37,979 nucleotides of DNA from a candidate division WOR-3 bacterium (GCA_965649215.1 CBFGJZ010000016.1:1-37979), one strand, 5' to 3'. Positions 18,490 through 27,824 are shown, numbered from the stretch's first letter. Translations and numbers: made by a program. The notes: generated from the letters alone by a model not told the origin.

Positions 18490-18558
18490 TTTAAGTTAAA
18501 GTGTAGATTCTAAATAAATGTAATAAATACACGGATATGATGATTGCAAATTGATTTT

Positions 18559-19011
18559 ATGAGACCAAATTTTCTAATTACATTAATTGGAACGACTTTT
18601 TTTACAGGTTACATTCCTATCGCACCTGGCACCTTTGCAAGTATCCTTGCACTGCCCTTTGTTATTTTACTTTATAAAAATACAATTATCTTTTTATTAA
18701 TATGCTTAGTGTTACTGATTGTTGGAGTTTTATGTGCTAATTATTTAGCTAAATATTATAGAAAAAAGGATGATCAACGAGTTACGATTGATGAGTTTTT
18801 AGGAATATTGATAAGTTTTATGTTATTACCTAAACTTAATTGGTATCTCATTATTATCGGTTTTATTTTGTTTCGTGCTTTTGACATTTTAAAAATATTT
18901 GGTATTCGTCAGGTTGAATCTATGAGCGGAGGATGGGGAGTGATGCTCGATGATGTATTAAGTGGTATTTATACCAATTTAATTTTGAGATTAATTTTAC
19001 TGATAGTTTAA
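18559..19011 (+). CDS. pgpA: Phosphatidylglycerophosphatase A
   Basis: GYIPIAPGTFAS, DDQRVTIDEFLG, FILFRAFDILK, GGWGVMLDDVLSG. ATG 18559 preferred over TTG 18544. Confidence 0.93.
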   Translation: MRPNFLITLIGTTFFTGYIPIAPGTFASILALPFVILLYKNTIIFLLICLVLLIVGVLCANYLAKYYRKKDDQRVTIDEFLGILISFMLLPKLNWYLIIIGFILFRAFDILKIFGIRQVESMSGGWGVMLDDVLSGIYTNLILRLILLIV

Positions 19012-19016
19012 TAACA

Positions 19017-20243
19017 ATGCCTAATGCTTATCTAATTATAATAGGTGATGAAATTTTATCTGGACGAACGCAGGATACAAATTCATATTATTTAGCTCAA
19101 CGCCTAAACGAGATTGGGATTTCAGTTTGTTGTATTGTTACAATTGGTGATAATCGATTGACTATTGAAGAAACGTTAAAGAATGCTTTGGAAATGTGTG
19201 ATATAGTGATAACGAGCGGTGGTTTAGGTCCAACCCCAGATGATCATACTATTATTAGTGTAGCTAATGTTTTGAAACGAAAACTAATCTTAGAAGAATC
19301 GATTCTGAAAAAGGTCGAAAGATATTTTCAACAACAAAATCAGATAATGAGTGAATTAGCCACAAAACAAGCACTAATTCCGCAGGGATCAATTATATTA
19401 GATAATCCGGCTGGACAAGCACCCGGTTTAATACTGAAAATGAATAAAAAAACTTTGATATTATTACCAGGCGTTTCTGAAGAATTGCAGAAAATATTTG
19501 AAACGGGGGTAATCCCTTATCTAAGCGAAAATTATGATTTACAACCACCCATAAGTCTTATTATAAGAACAACCAATTTGTCAGAAATGATAATTGTTGA
19601 TAAAATCAGCGATATTCTTAAAAACTATCGAGGACTTTCGGTATCTTATTTACCATCAATAATAGGAGTAGATATCAGAATTACAAATATTAAAGATAAG
19701 AAAACAACAAATAATATTCAAAAAGAAATTTATACCATACTTAAACCTTATGTTTATGGTTTTAATAAAGATAAAATCGAAGAGGTTATTGGTAATTTAT
19801 GTCGCAAAAAACAATTAACTTTAAGTATTGCTGAATCTTGTACTGGTGGCTTAATTTCAGATAAAATTACAAATATTGCTGGCAGTTCAGAATATTTTAT
19901 TGGTGGCGCAGTTCTTTATAGTAATAAATTAAAGACTTTAATTGCTGAAGTTAAAAGAGAAACTCTCCGTAAATTTGGTGCAGTCAGTCAAGAAACTGTT
20001 TTGGAAATGGCGGTCGGCATTCGGCAAAAATTCGGTACTGATATTGGTCTGAGTGTTTCGGGTATTGCGGGACCGAGTGGTGCAACTAAAGAGAAGCCTG
20101 TTGGTTTAGTTTATATTGGAATTGCATCCCCCAAAAGAATGAAAGCCGAGAAATATATCTTTTCTGGCAATCGTCAAATGATTAAGATAAAAGCTGCCAT
20201 GTCGGCTTTAGACCTTTTAAGAAGGACATTAGAAGAATTATAA
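19017..20243 (+). CDS. cinA: Competence/damage-inducible protein CinA (MocF-like domain + NMN deamidase PncC)
   Basis: IGDEILSG...DTN, SGGLGPTPDD.T, NPAGQAPG, AESCTGG, YSNKLK, GAVS.E, SGIAGPSG, KPVGLVYI. Confidence 0.94.
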   Translation: MPNAYLIIIGDEILSGRTQDTNSYYLAQRLNEIGISVCCIVTIGDNRLTIEETLKNALEMCDIVITSGGLGPTPDDHTIISVANVLKRKLILEESILKKVERYFQQQNQIMSELATKQALIPQGSIILDNPAGQAPGLILKMNKKTLILLPGVSEELQKIFETGVIPYLSENYDLQPPISLIIRTTNLSEMIIVDKISDILKNYRGLSVSYLPSIIGVDIRITNIKDKKTTNNIQKEIYTILKPYVYGFNKDKIEEVIGNLCRKKQLTLSIAESCTGGLISDKITNIAGSSEYFIGGAVLYSNKLKTLIAEVKRETLRKFGAVSQETVLEMAVGIRQKFGTDIGLSVSGIAGPSGATKEKPVGLVYIGIASPKRMKAEKYIFSGNRQMIKIKAAMSALDLLRRTLEEL

Positions 20244-20245
20244 AT

Positions 20246-20809
20246 ATGAATAATAGAAATAAGATTCGAAGTTTTATTGCTATTGAGATACCTTCTGAGA
20301 TCCGTATGGATATATCCAATCAAGTAAAATTATTAAGCAAAGATGATTTCTCGGTACGATGGGTTGAAAAAGATAATTTACATATAACTTTACTTTTTTT
20401 AGGAGATGTTGATTATGATTTTATCAACAAAGGCACGGAGATACTTTCGACGATAACTAAATCTCAGCAAAAGTTCAAAATCTCTTTACAAAATTTTGGT
20501 GCCTTTCCAAGCGTAAAACAACCACGGATAATCTGGATCGGTATTAAAGATGGTGCAACTGAATTAATTACCTTACAGAGTAGAATTGAAAACAATTTTG
20601 TGAAGATTGGTTATAAAAGTGAATTAAAAAAATTCCACCCCCATCTTACAATCGGACGAGTTAAATTTCGCTTCACAAATCAGAAAATATTTGAAACTGA
20701 ATATCAAAGTGAAAGTTTTGAAGTATCTTCTCTTAGTTTATTTAAAAGCGATTTAACTCCAAACGGTCCAATTTATAGTAAAATTAATGAATTTATTTTT
20801 TACGAGTAA
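20246..20809 (+). CDS. thpR: RNA 2',3'-cyclic phosphodiesterase (2H family, LigT/ThpR)
   Basis: RSFIAI, two HxT motifs (LHITL, PHLTI), GAFP..KQPRIIW, KSDLTPNGPIY. Canonical position after cinA. Confidence 0.92.
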   Translation: MNNRNKIRSFIAIEIPSEIRMDISNQVKLLSKDDFSVRWVEKDNLHITLLFLGDVDYDFINKGTEILSTITKSQQKFKISLQNFGAFPSVKQPRIIWIGIKDGATELITLQSRIENNFVKIGYKSELKKFHPHLTIGRVKFRFTNQKIFETEYQSESFEVSSLSLFKSDLTPNGPIYSKINEFIFYE

Positions 20810-20822
20810 GAATAAATATAAA

Positions 20823-21032
20823 TTAGGAATTTTTAGCAATAAACATAAGGGCACGAGATAGTATCGTAATTTTCTGTTCGAGACTAATATTTTTATTAAT
20901 AATTAAATAATATTGATTTTTAGCCTTACAAAGTCCACCATCACTTTTTAAATTATCATAAATAATGCGAACAGATTTACTTTTGAGTGTTTCTTCTAAT
21001 GTTTTCAATCGATCGTTTCTGTTTATAGCCAT
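20823..21032 (-). CDS. Small hypothetical protein (69 aa)
   Basis: Start overlaps the SDR gene end. Protein-like composition. GGLC...YYLIINKNISLEQKITIL resembles the N-terminal half of ImmA/IrrE-like folds. Confidence 0.65.
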   Translation of the reverse strand: MAINRNDRLKTLEETLKSKSVRIIYDNLKSDGGLCKAKNQYYLIINKNISLEQKITILSRALMFIAKNS

Positions 21033-21982
21033 TTATTTTCAAGATACCATTGATAAGTTTCTTCAATTCCTTCTTTTAGAGAATACTTGGGTTGATATCC
21101 TAACTCGGAAACAGTCTTTTGAATTAGACAAGCCCAACAAGGTCGCTTGAGTTCTTTAATTTTATCAGGACCAAATACACTTTTGGCCGGAGCAATAAGC
21201 GCATTAATTTTTGCAACAATGTTTAAAAAATTAAGGGGCAATTTTATCTTAATTGCTTTTTTATGCATAACTGATTGGATAGTATTGGCAATTTCTTCAA
21301 TTGTATAGCAATTGCCATCAGAAATATTATAAATAGATCCTGATAACGTGTTTCTTTCAATCGAGTTAATAGCAGCACAAACAACATCTTTTATATAGCA
21401 AAAAGCTACCTTATTTTCCCAGATTGGACAAATTCCCTTTTTAATAAATTTGAAATATAAAAGCGATTCTCTATCACGAGGACCATATACTACACTAAGT
21501 CTTAGAATTAATACTGGAATTTTATCCTTCTGTTCAATGACTAATTCTTCAGCGATCTTTTTGGTAATACCATAATAACTGATTGGTTGGCATTTAATCT
21601 GTTCGTCGAATATTCTATCACTACCACCTGTTACTGCTAAAGTAGAAAAATGTATGAATTTTTTTAGATTCGGTCTGTGTTGTAAGCATAATTGTATTAG
21701 ATTTTTTGTCCCCTCAACATTAGCAATCATATAATCTTGGAAATTCCGGCCTTTAGTAGCACCCGCAACATGCATAACATATTCAACGTCGTCAAGGGCT
21801 TGTTTGATTGAGTCAAAATTTGATATCGAACCATAAAAAAATTCAATCGGTAAATTGCTAATCCATTGTAAATTAGAATGTTTTCTAATTAAGGCACGCA
21901 CTTGATAACCGTGTTTTATAAGAGCTTCAACCAAATGACTACCGATAAAACCATTAGCACCAGTTACTAATACTTTTCCCAT
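21023..21982 (-). CDS. NAD-dependent epimerase/dehydratase (extended SDR)
   Basis: VLVTGANGFIGSHL, HVAG, NVEGT.NL, YGITK (YxxxK), VYGPRD, YNISD, LGYQPKYSLKEGI..T..WY. Confidence 0.92.
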   Translation of the reverse strand: MGKVLVTGANGFIGSHLVEALIKHGYQVRALIRKHSNLQWISNLPIEFFYGSISNFDSIKQALDDVEYVMHVAGATKGRNFQDYMIANVEGTKNLIQLCLQHRPNLKKFIHFSTLAVTGGSDRIFDEQIKCQPISYYGITKKIAEELVIEQKDKIPVLILRLSVVYGPRDRESLLYFKFIKKGICPIWENKVAFCYIKDVVCAAINSIERNTLSGSIYNISDGNCYTIEEIANTIQSVMHKKAIKIKLPLNFLNIVAKINALIAPAKSVFGPDKIKELKRPCWACLIQKTVSELGYQPKYSLKEGIEETYQWYLENKWL

Positions 21983-21993
21983 GCAATTTATCT

Positions 21994-22021
21994 ATAATAT
22001 ATTATTCGTTAAGAATGTCAA
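21994..22021 (-). promoter_or_regulatory. Sigma70-type promoter for the SDR gene
   Basis: Minus strand TTGACA-N16-TATTAT, 11 nt before ATG 21982. No SD. Confidence 0.5.
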
Positions 22022-22087
22022 GATAAAATGCTGAGAATGTTTATTGTATCACTTTATCTGACAAAAAATATAGTTGATTTATTACTT

Positions 22088-22116
22088 TTGACATTTAAGC
22101 AAATAATTATTATAAT
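22088..22116 (+). promoter_or_regulatory. Consensus sigma70 promoter for pckA (leaderless geometry)
   Basis: Perfect TTGACA-N17-TATAAT, only 5 nt before ATG 22122. Confidence 0.75.
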
Positions 22117-22121
22117 TAATC

Positions 22122-23612
22122 ATGTTAATTGATTTGATACGTCCGAAAGCAACAATTAAAAATTTAAATAAAGTTGAATTAAGAAATTTAGCAAGTAAAG
22201 ACGAAATTACCACAGAATTTGGCAGTGCATCTTATATTACTCACATCCGTTCGCGTAGTGCTAAATTTACTGAGGTTATATTTGACGTTCCTACACCACA
22301 GCAGAATGAGATAATCAAACATGTTTTAGAATACATTGCTCGTAAAACCATGATAATGATTGAACGAACAATGTGTCAATCTGATAAAATACAATTGCTC
22401 TGTCGGTTTTTCGTAACCAAAGATTTTGCTCGTAATGCGTATATGTGGCATCAAATGTTATTTGAGCCGGTTCAAAAACCTAAGCCAGATTTAACAGTTG
22501 TTTCTATTCCTGAATGGCCAGAACGAAAGATTCTGGTTTTATTAAAAGAAAATTTGACAATTATTTTAGGTACTGATTATACTGGCGAGGTAAAAAAAGC
22601 ATTTTTAAGAATGGCAATGTACACAGTAAAAAAAATTGGATGGTTAGGTTTACATGCTGGAAGTAAAATAATTAAAGTTAAAGATAAAACTCAAAAATCA
22701 GTACAAAAAGGAATTCTATTATTTGGATTATCTGGTACTGGAAAGACGACATTAACTTGTCATCATCATTTTTTAACCGATGAGGAAGGTGTGATCATTA
22801 AACAAGATGATGTAGTGTTTTTACTTCCCGATGGTTCTGCCATAGGGACCGAGAAAAATTTTTATGCCAAAACAGAAGGTTTAAGTACGAGATCCGACCC
22901 TTTGTTGTATCGCGCAGCAACCAGTCATAATGCTATATTAGAAAATGTTTTTGTGGAAGAAAATGGCACTGTTGATTTTCAAAATTGTCTTTTAACATCT
23001 AATGGACGTGCATTAGTGATGCGAAATGAATTACAATATACCGATGATGATATAAATTTACCTTATGTGAATATCATAATATTCATTTGTCGCCGTAATG
23101 ATATTATGCCTCCCGTTATCAAATTAACAGCAGAACAAGGTGCAGCATTTTTTATGTTGGGTGAATCTGTGGAGACTTCTGCGGGTGACCCAACTCAAGC
23201 TGGTAAATCAAAGAGAGTAGTTGGTACAAATCCATTAATTATTGGACCTGAAGTTGAAGAGGGTAATCATTTTTATGAAATTCTAAAATCACATCCCGAT
23301 ATGGAATCATATGTAATTAACACTGGCCGAGTAGGTGGCGAGAGTGGAGAGAAGATTACGGTTCAAGAGTCAGTTGAGATTATTACTCAAATTGCTAAAG
23401 GAACGATTACTTGGCAAGTTGATCCTGATTGGAATTATCTTATACCATTTCAAATTCCGAAAATCGATCTAAAATTATATAATCCGCTTAACTATTATTC
23501 ACTTGAAGAATATCAAGAACGGGTTAATTTATTAAAAAAGGAACGAAAAGATTGGCTTTCTAAATATAGTGGTTTATCAAGAGAGGTTGTTGAATCGTTG
23601 AATTTATCATAA
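22122..23612 (+). CDS. pckA: Phosphoenolpyruvate carboxykinase (ATP-dependent family)
   Basis: RSAKFT, GTDYTGEVKK, LHAGSK, P-loop FGLSGTGKTT, QDD metal motif, GTEKNFYAKT, LENV, TSNGRA, FMLGES, INTG. Confidence 0.9.
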   Translation: MLIDLIRPKATIKNLNKVELRNLASKDEITTEFGSASYITHIRSRSAKFTEVIFDVPTPQQNEIIKHVLEYIARKTMIMIERTMCQSDKIQLLCRFFVTKDFARNAYMWHQMLFEPVQKPKPDLTVVSIPEWPERKILVLLKENLTIILGTDYTGEVKKAFLRMAMYTVKKIGWLGLHAGSKIIKVKDKTQKSVQKGILLFGLSGTGKTTLTCHHHFLTDEEGVIIKQDDVVFLLPDGSAIGTEKNFYAKTEGLSTRSDPLLYRAATSHNAILENVFVEENGTVDFQNCLLTSNGRALVMRNELQYTDDDINLPYVNIIIFICRRNDIMPPVIKLTAEQGAAFFMLGESVETSAGDPTQAGKSKRVVGTNPLIIGPEVEEGNHFYEILKSHPDMESYVINTGRVGGESGEKITVQESVEIITQIAKGTITWQVDPDWNYLIPFQIPKIDLKLYNPLNYYSLEEYQERVNLLKKERKDWLSKYSGLSREVVESLNLS

Positions 23613-23643
23613 TATTTGATTTGTAAATATTCACTAAACATAC

Positions 23644-23673
23644 TTGACAGTCTTATATAAAAACTATTATAAT
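23644..23673 (+). promoter_or_regulatory. Sigma70-type promoter for the large secreted protein
   Basis: TTGACA-N18-TATAAT, 9 nt before ATG 23683. No SD. Confidence 0.6.
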
Positions 23674-23682
23674 GCCTATGTT

Positions 23683-26600
23683 ATGAGGTATTGGTATTTA
23701 ATAATCATTTTATTAATTTCGATAAATTTTTCTGAATGTTTAGCAAGTGAACGTAAATTAGGTATTATCTTCGATGCCAGCCCTGTAATACATTCTTCTG
23801 ATGAAGTTCTTCAAATTGGTGATACTTTTTATAAAGGATTTCAATTTTTCAGTAGCATTTTAGATACAATTCGTAATCATGACAATCTAAGCGGAGGTAT
23901 TTATTATCTTCCCTATGATTCAATTTATTTTGCAACTCGATTAACTATCCCCAATCAGGTCGCGTCATTATGCACGTTAAAAAGAATTAGATTATTAGTC
24001 AGATATCCTAATCCCACACCTTCTGCGCTATGCAGTATATTTATTTGGCGAGATACTATTATTAATAATCTTCATAGACCGGGCGCAATTATCAGACGAG
24101 ATACTATAAATTTGTCCCATAATCTTCAACCCGGTTATTTGTGGCGTAGTGTTATTTATCCAATGCCAATAGTGTTTAATAGAAATGAGAATTTTTGGAT
24201 TGGTGTGATGAATTTAAATACTAATTTTAATTTTGTTTCCGACGCTACAGACAATCCAGATTCAACGAGAAATTTAACTAATCTTGGTAGTGGGTGGCAG
24301 TCGTATGCATATGACTTTATATTTGAAGCAGTGGTTAGTTATGAACCAAGAGATAATAATATTGGTACAATTGAGATTTTGAATATACCGAAAGTAATAA
24401 AAGGTAATACTATCACATCGGTAAAAGCTACTGTTAAGAATTTTGGTCGCAACACTCTTGACCCCGGGATACCGGTAATTATGAACATCGCTGGCCCATC
24501 ATTTTCATTAGTGGATACTGAATATACTACAAATTCTTTAGCACAAAATAATATTGATACGATAACTTTTTCTGAAGACTGGCAGGTTCCACCGATCACA
24601 GGTGATTATGAAGTGTCAGTTTGGACAGCTTTCAATTTAGATTCAATTTATAACAATGATACGACAAAAATGTCAGTTTTTGTTTATAACTCTGGAGTTC
24701 GAGAGACTTTTAGCCAATATGATTTTCCACCATCGGGCTGGTTAATTTTTGATTTTAATAACGATAATTACTGGCGTCGAGATTCATATCCAAGTGGATA
24801 TTATACTTCACCGGCTGGTGCGATTATTACTTATGATGAATATCCTTATAGTCCAAACAATGACTGGTTAGTTTCACCAAAAATTTTAGCTAACACATCC
24901 GATTCCATTATTTTCTTTTACCGAGCTGCGTCATCTGGTAGAATGGAAACTTTACTAGTAAGAATGAATACAAATCCAATAACTACCGATACAGGGAATT
25001 ATCAGATTATTCAGATAATCACCACTAATAATTTTAATTGGCAAAAAAACGTAATTGCTTTAGATAATTATTTAACAGGTCCAGAAACCATATCTATAGC
25101 ATTCCACTATCCTTGTTATAACAAATTTTATCTTGCGCTAGATGATATTATAATGCCTGAACCAATAAGAAGTGTTGATGTTTTTACTGCTAATATTGAA
25201 GCTCCTTTATTACCCATAATTGTAGATTCAACATATATCCCTAAAGCAAAGTTTCGAAATAATAGTTATGATAATTCGACAGAGTTTCTTACGGTTAATA
25301 TGTATTATCAAATAGTGGGGGAGAGCACTTTTTATTTTGATTCGATAATCGGAGAACCAATATATCACGGTAATTATGAGATATTTAATTTTGCTTCATT
25401 TAATCCGATTGTTTCAGAAACTGTCTCTATAAAAGTATGGATTTATAATAGCGAAGATGAAAATAATTCCAATGATACTTTAATTAAGAGGATATTTATC
25501 GCACCTAAATATCAAACTGTCCCTTATACGGCTAATTTCAATGAAAACTGGGGTAAATATGGTGATAATCCACCACTGGGAGGATGGCGTATTATCGATG
25601 GTGGAAATGAACGGAATCCGATGTGGAATACTAATGATTGGCATAAAGATACGATAAGAAGTGGGGGAATTTTAAGAGAGGTAGTAAAAGTTTCTTATAG
25701 TCCAATCGAAAATTCATTTGAATGGTTGATATCCCCACGTCTTAATTGCAGTATGCCAGGTAATTATTCTCTTTCTTATTGGCATTGGTATCGTGATTAC
25801 TCCGTGCTTACTCCGGATTCAGGTGTTGTTTTAATTAGCAATAATGGCGGTCAGAGTTGGCAACGGCTTATAAAATATTCAAATGTTTCTGATGTTGGAG
25901 TTCGACTTCATGATATTAGTGGAATTGTTTCAGGACATAACGATGTCAGAATTTGTTTTCTATATGGTGCAAGAGATGAATGGTTTTGGTGCGTTGATGA
26001 TTTCACTGTTACTTGGTTAATGGGAACTCCAAACTTAGTATTCCCACCTAATGGACTTGATACTATTGCAGAAGCAATTGATTTGATCTGGCGAAAAGTG
26101 CTAGGTGCTAATAAATATGTTCTGCAAATTGCCTATGATTCGACTTTCCTCTTTCCAATTATTTCCGAAACTTTATATAATGACACAACTTATCGTTGTT
26201 CCTTACCTCCATATCGTTACTATTGGAAGGTTAAAGCCGGTGATCCTTATGGTATGTGGTCCGAAATATGGCATTTTACTTTAATTGAACCACCACCGCC
26301 ATTTTATGGTTGGGAACGACTGGATTCAATTATAACAATGCCTTATGGTAAAGCAGTGAAAGATGGGGGAGCACTTACATTCTGTCTTACCGATTCAAGC
26401 ATCTATGCATTGAAAGGAAATAATACTCGTGATTTTTGTGCTTTCAATATAAATCAAAAAAGATGGCGGTTAGAACGGCCGATAGGGTTAGACTCATTGA
26501 AAATTCGTTATGTCAAAAAAGGTTCAGCCTTATGTGCAGGAGATACATTTGTTTATGCTGTGAAAGGCAATTCAAATGAATTTTGGGCTTACCACATTTA

Positions 26601-27657
26601 TCAAGATACCTGGATTAGAAAAAAATCTATTCCTCAACAGAAAATAAAGGGTGGCAGCGCAATAGTTTATGTAAAAAAGCAGAAAGATTATGAAGAACAA
26701 ATTAATGATCCAATCGGTGGGTACGATGTAAAAGGACCCGGTAATAAAAAAGATAATAGATTTGAGAGTGATATGATATTTCTACTTAAAGGTGGAAATA
26801 AAGATTGTGAATTTTATGCTTATTTAGTGGATGCTGATTCTTGGATTAGAAAAAGAAATGCACCGACAGCAATGTATAACAAAATCTTTAAAGATGGTTC
26901 AGCGTTAGTGTATGATGGTGGTAACAAGATCTATGCAATAAAAGGTGGTTCCAAAGTAAATGAGTTTTATTATTATGATATCTTTGCGGATACATGGTAT
27001 GTATTAGAAAATGAATCAATACCCCTAAAATATTCTAATGAAAGTAAAAAAAGAAAAATTAAAATTGGTGGCAGTTTAGCAAGAATAGATTCTCGAATTT
27101 TTGCAATCAAAGGCGGCGGATGCAATGAATTTTGGTGTTTTGATACTACAAGTCGAATTTGGACTGCTTTAGAAACAATACCGTGGAATAATAATCCAAA
27201 GAGTGTACCGAAAAGTGGAGCTGCAATAACCGCGGCGATTGATAAGGTCTATTTGTTAAAAGGTAATAATACTAATGAGTTTTGGTCGATTTTACCTGTT
27301 CCCCCTAAAATATCAAAAGACAATCTTAGCGATGTTAACTATGTGAGTAATGTTATATCTCACATCGCTTCTTCTGAAAAAAATAATCATATTTTGTCAC
27401 ACCTTAAAATCATCGTTATCAATAACAATATACAAAGACAACTTAATATTCAATATGAAATTAGTAAGCCATGTTTGCTAGGTTTCAAAATTACTGATTT
27501 AACAGGTCGAGTAATAAAAAATTCTATACTAGAATATATAAAAGACGGTAGATATAATACAAACATTGACACTAAAGATATGAAACGCGGTATTTATTTT
27601 ATTGTTTTTGAAAATAATGGAAAAATTATTGTAAATAAAAAGTTTATTATTGAATAG
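23683..27657 (+). CDS. Large secreted multidomain protein: CARDB-like, two cleaved-adhesin/choice-of-anchor-J-like, FN3-like, six-blade Kelch-like propeller, T9SS-like CTD
   Basis: Signal peptide from ATG 23683. ETF..FPPSGW...NDWLVSP...AFHY...LDDI and NFNENW...GW...EWLISP...WCVDDF. P.L..P.NG...YYWKVKA...WSE.W.F. Six G[GS]AL..IYA.KG..NEF[WY].Y....DTW repeats. CTD ITDLTGRVIK...GIYFI...KKFIIE. Confidence 0.8.
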   Translation: MRYWYLIIILLISINFSECLASERKLGIIFDASPVIHSSDEVLQIGDTFYKGFQFFSSILDTIRNHDNLSGGIYYLPYDSIYFATRLTIPNQVASLCTLKRIRLLVRYPNPTPSALCSIFIWRDTIINNLHRPGAIIRRDTINLSHNLQPGYLWRSVIYPMPIVFNRNENFWIGVMNLNTNFNFVSDATDNPDSTRNLTNLGSGWQSYAYDFIFEAVVSYEPRDNNIGTIEILNIPKVIKGNTITSVKATVKNFGRNTLDPGIPVIMNIAGPSFSLVDTEYTTNSLAQNNIDTITFSEDWQVPPITGDYEVSVWTAFNLDSIYNNDTTKMSVFVYNSGVRETFSQYDFPPSGWLIFDFNNDNYWRRDSYPSGYYTSPAGAIITYDEYPYSPNNDWLVSPKILANTSDSIIFFYRAASSGRMETLLVRMNTNPITTDTGNYQIIQIITTNNFNWQKNVIALDNYLTGPETISIAFHYPCYNKFYLALDDIIMPEPIRSVDVFTANIEAPLLPIIVDSTYIPKAKFRNNSYDNSTEFLTVNMYYQIVGESTFYFDSIIGEPIYHGNYEIFNFASFNPIVSETVSIKVWIYNSEDENNSNDTLIKRIFIAPKYQTVPYTANFNENWGKYGDNPPLGGWRIIDGGNERNPMWNTNDWHKDTIRSGGILREVVKVSYSPIENSFEWLISPRLNCSMPGNYSLSYWHWYRDYSVLTPDSGVVLISNNGGQSWQRLIKYSNVSDVGVRLHDISGIVSGHNDVRICFLYGARDEWFWCVDDFTVTWLMGTPNLVFPPNGLDTIAEAIDLIWRKVLGANKYVLQIAYDSTFLFPIISETLYNDTTYRCSLPPYRYYWKVKAGDPYGMWSEIWHFTLIEPPPPFYGWERLDSIITMPYGKAVKDGGALTFCLTDSSIYALKGNNTRDFCAFNINQKRWRLERPIGLDSLKIRYVKKGSALCAGDTFVYAVKGNSNEFWAYHIYQDTWIRKKSIPQQKIKGGSAIVYVKKQKDYEEQINDPIGGYDVKGPGNKKDNRFESDMIFLLKGGNKDCEFYAYLVDADSWIRKRNAPTAMYNKIFKDGSALVYDGGNKIYAIKGGSKVNEFYYYDIFADTWYVLENESIPLKYSNESKKRKIKIGGSLARIDSRIFAIKGGGCNEFWCFDTTSRIWTALETIPWNNNPKSVPKSGAAITAAIDKVYLLKGNNTNEFWSILPVPPKISKDNLSDVNYVSNVISHIASSEKNNHILSHLKIIVINNNIQRQLNIQYEISKPCLLGFKITDLTGRVIKNSILEYIKDGRYNTNIDTKDMKRGIYFIVFENNGKIIVNKKFIIE
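26308..27300 (+). repeat. Six Kelch-like protein repeats within the large secreted protein
   Basis: KDGGAL..IYALKGNNTRDF; KKGSAL..VYAVKGNSNEFW; KGGSAI..(insert)..IFLLKGGNKDCEFY; KDGSAL..IYAIKGGSKVNEFY; KIGGSL..IFAIKGGGCNEFW; KSGAAI..VYLLKGNNTNEFW. Confidence 0.8.
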
Positions 27658-27824
27658 TTTTATTGTATCCCAAATAATTATACCGCAAAACAAAAGGAAG
27701 GTTAAGAAAGGTCTTTATGAAATTAAAATGTAGTTGAAAATTAAATCAATAGGTTATTCATAAATTTCTAAGAATAGTAAAGCAACTTGATAAATTCTTA
27801 ATATTTATCCATAAAGCTGACAAC

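Noticed and set aside
18559-20809. pgpA-cinA-thpR not followed by recA
   Set aside because: The linkage to recA is common but variable, and there is no sign of a recA remnant. Ordinary rearrangement.
26308-27300. Periodic nucleotide similarity (AAAGGTGG / GAATTTT) as a possible CRISPR or DGR-type repeat
   Set aside because: It is explained by degenerate in-frame Kelch protein repeats. There are no identical repeats with unique spacers and no cas or reverse transcriptase gene.
27658-27824. Intergenic region after the Kelch protein as a terminator or sRNA
   Set aside because: No convincing GC stem with a U-tract and no recognisable RNA motif.
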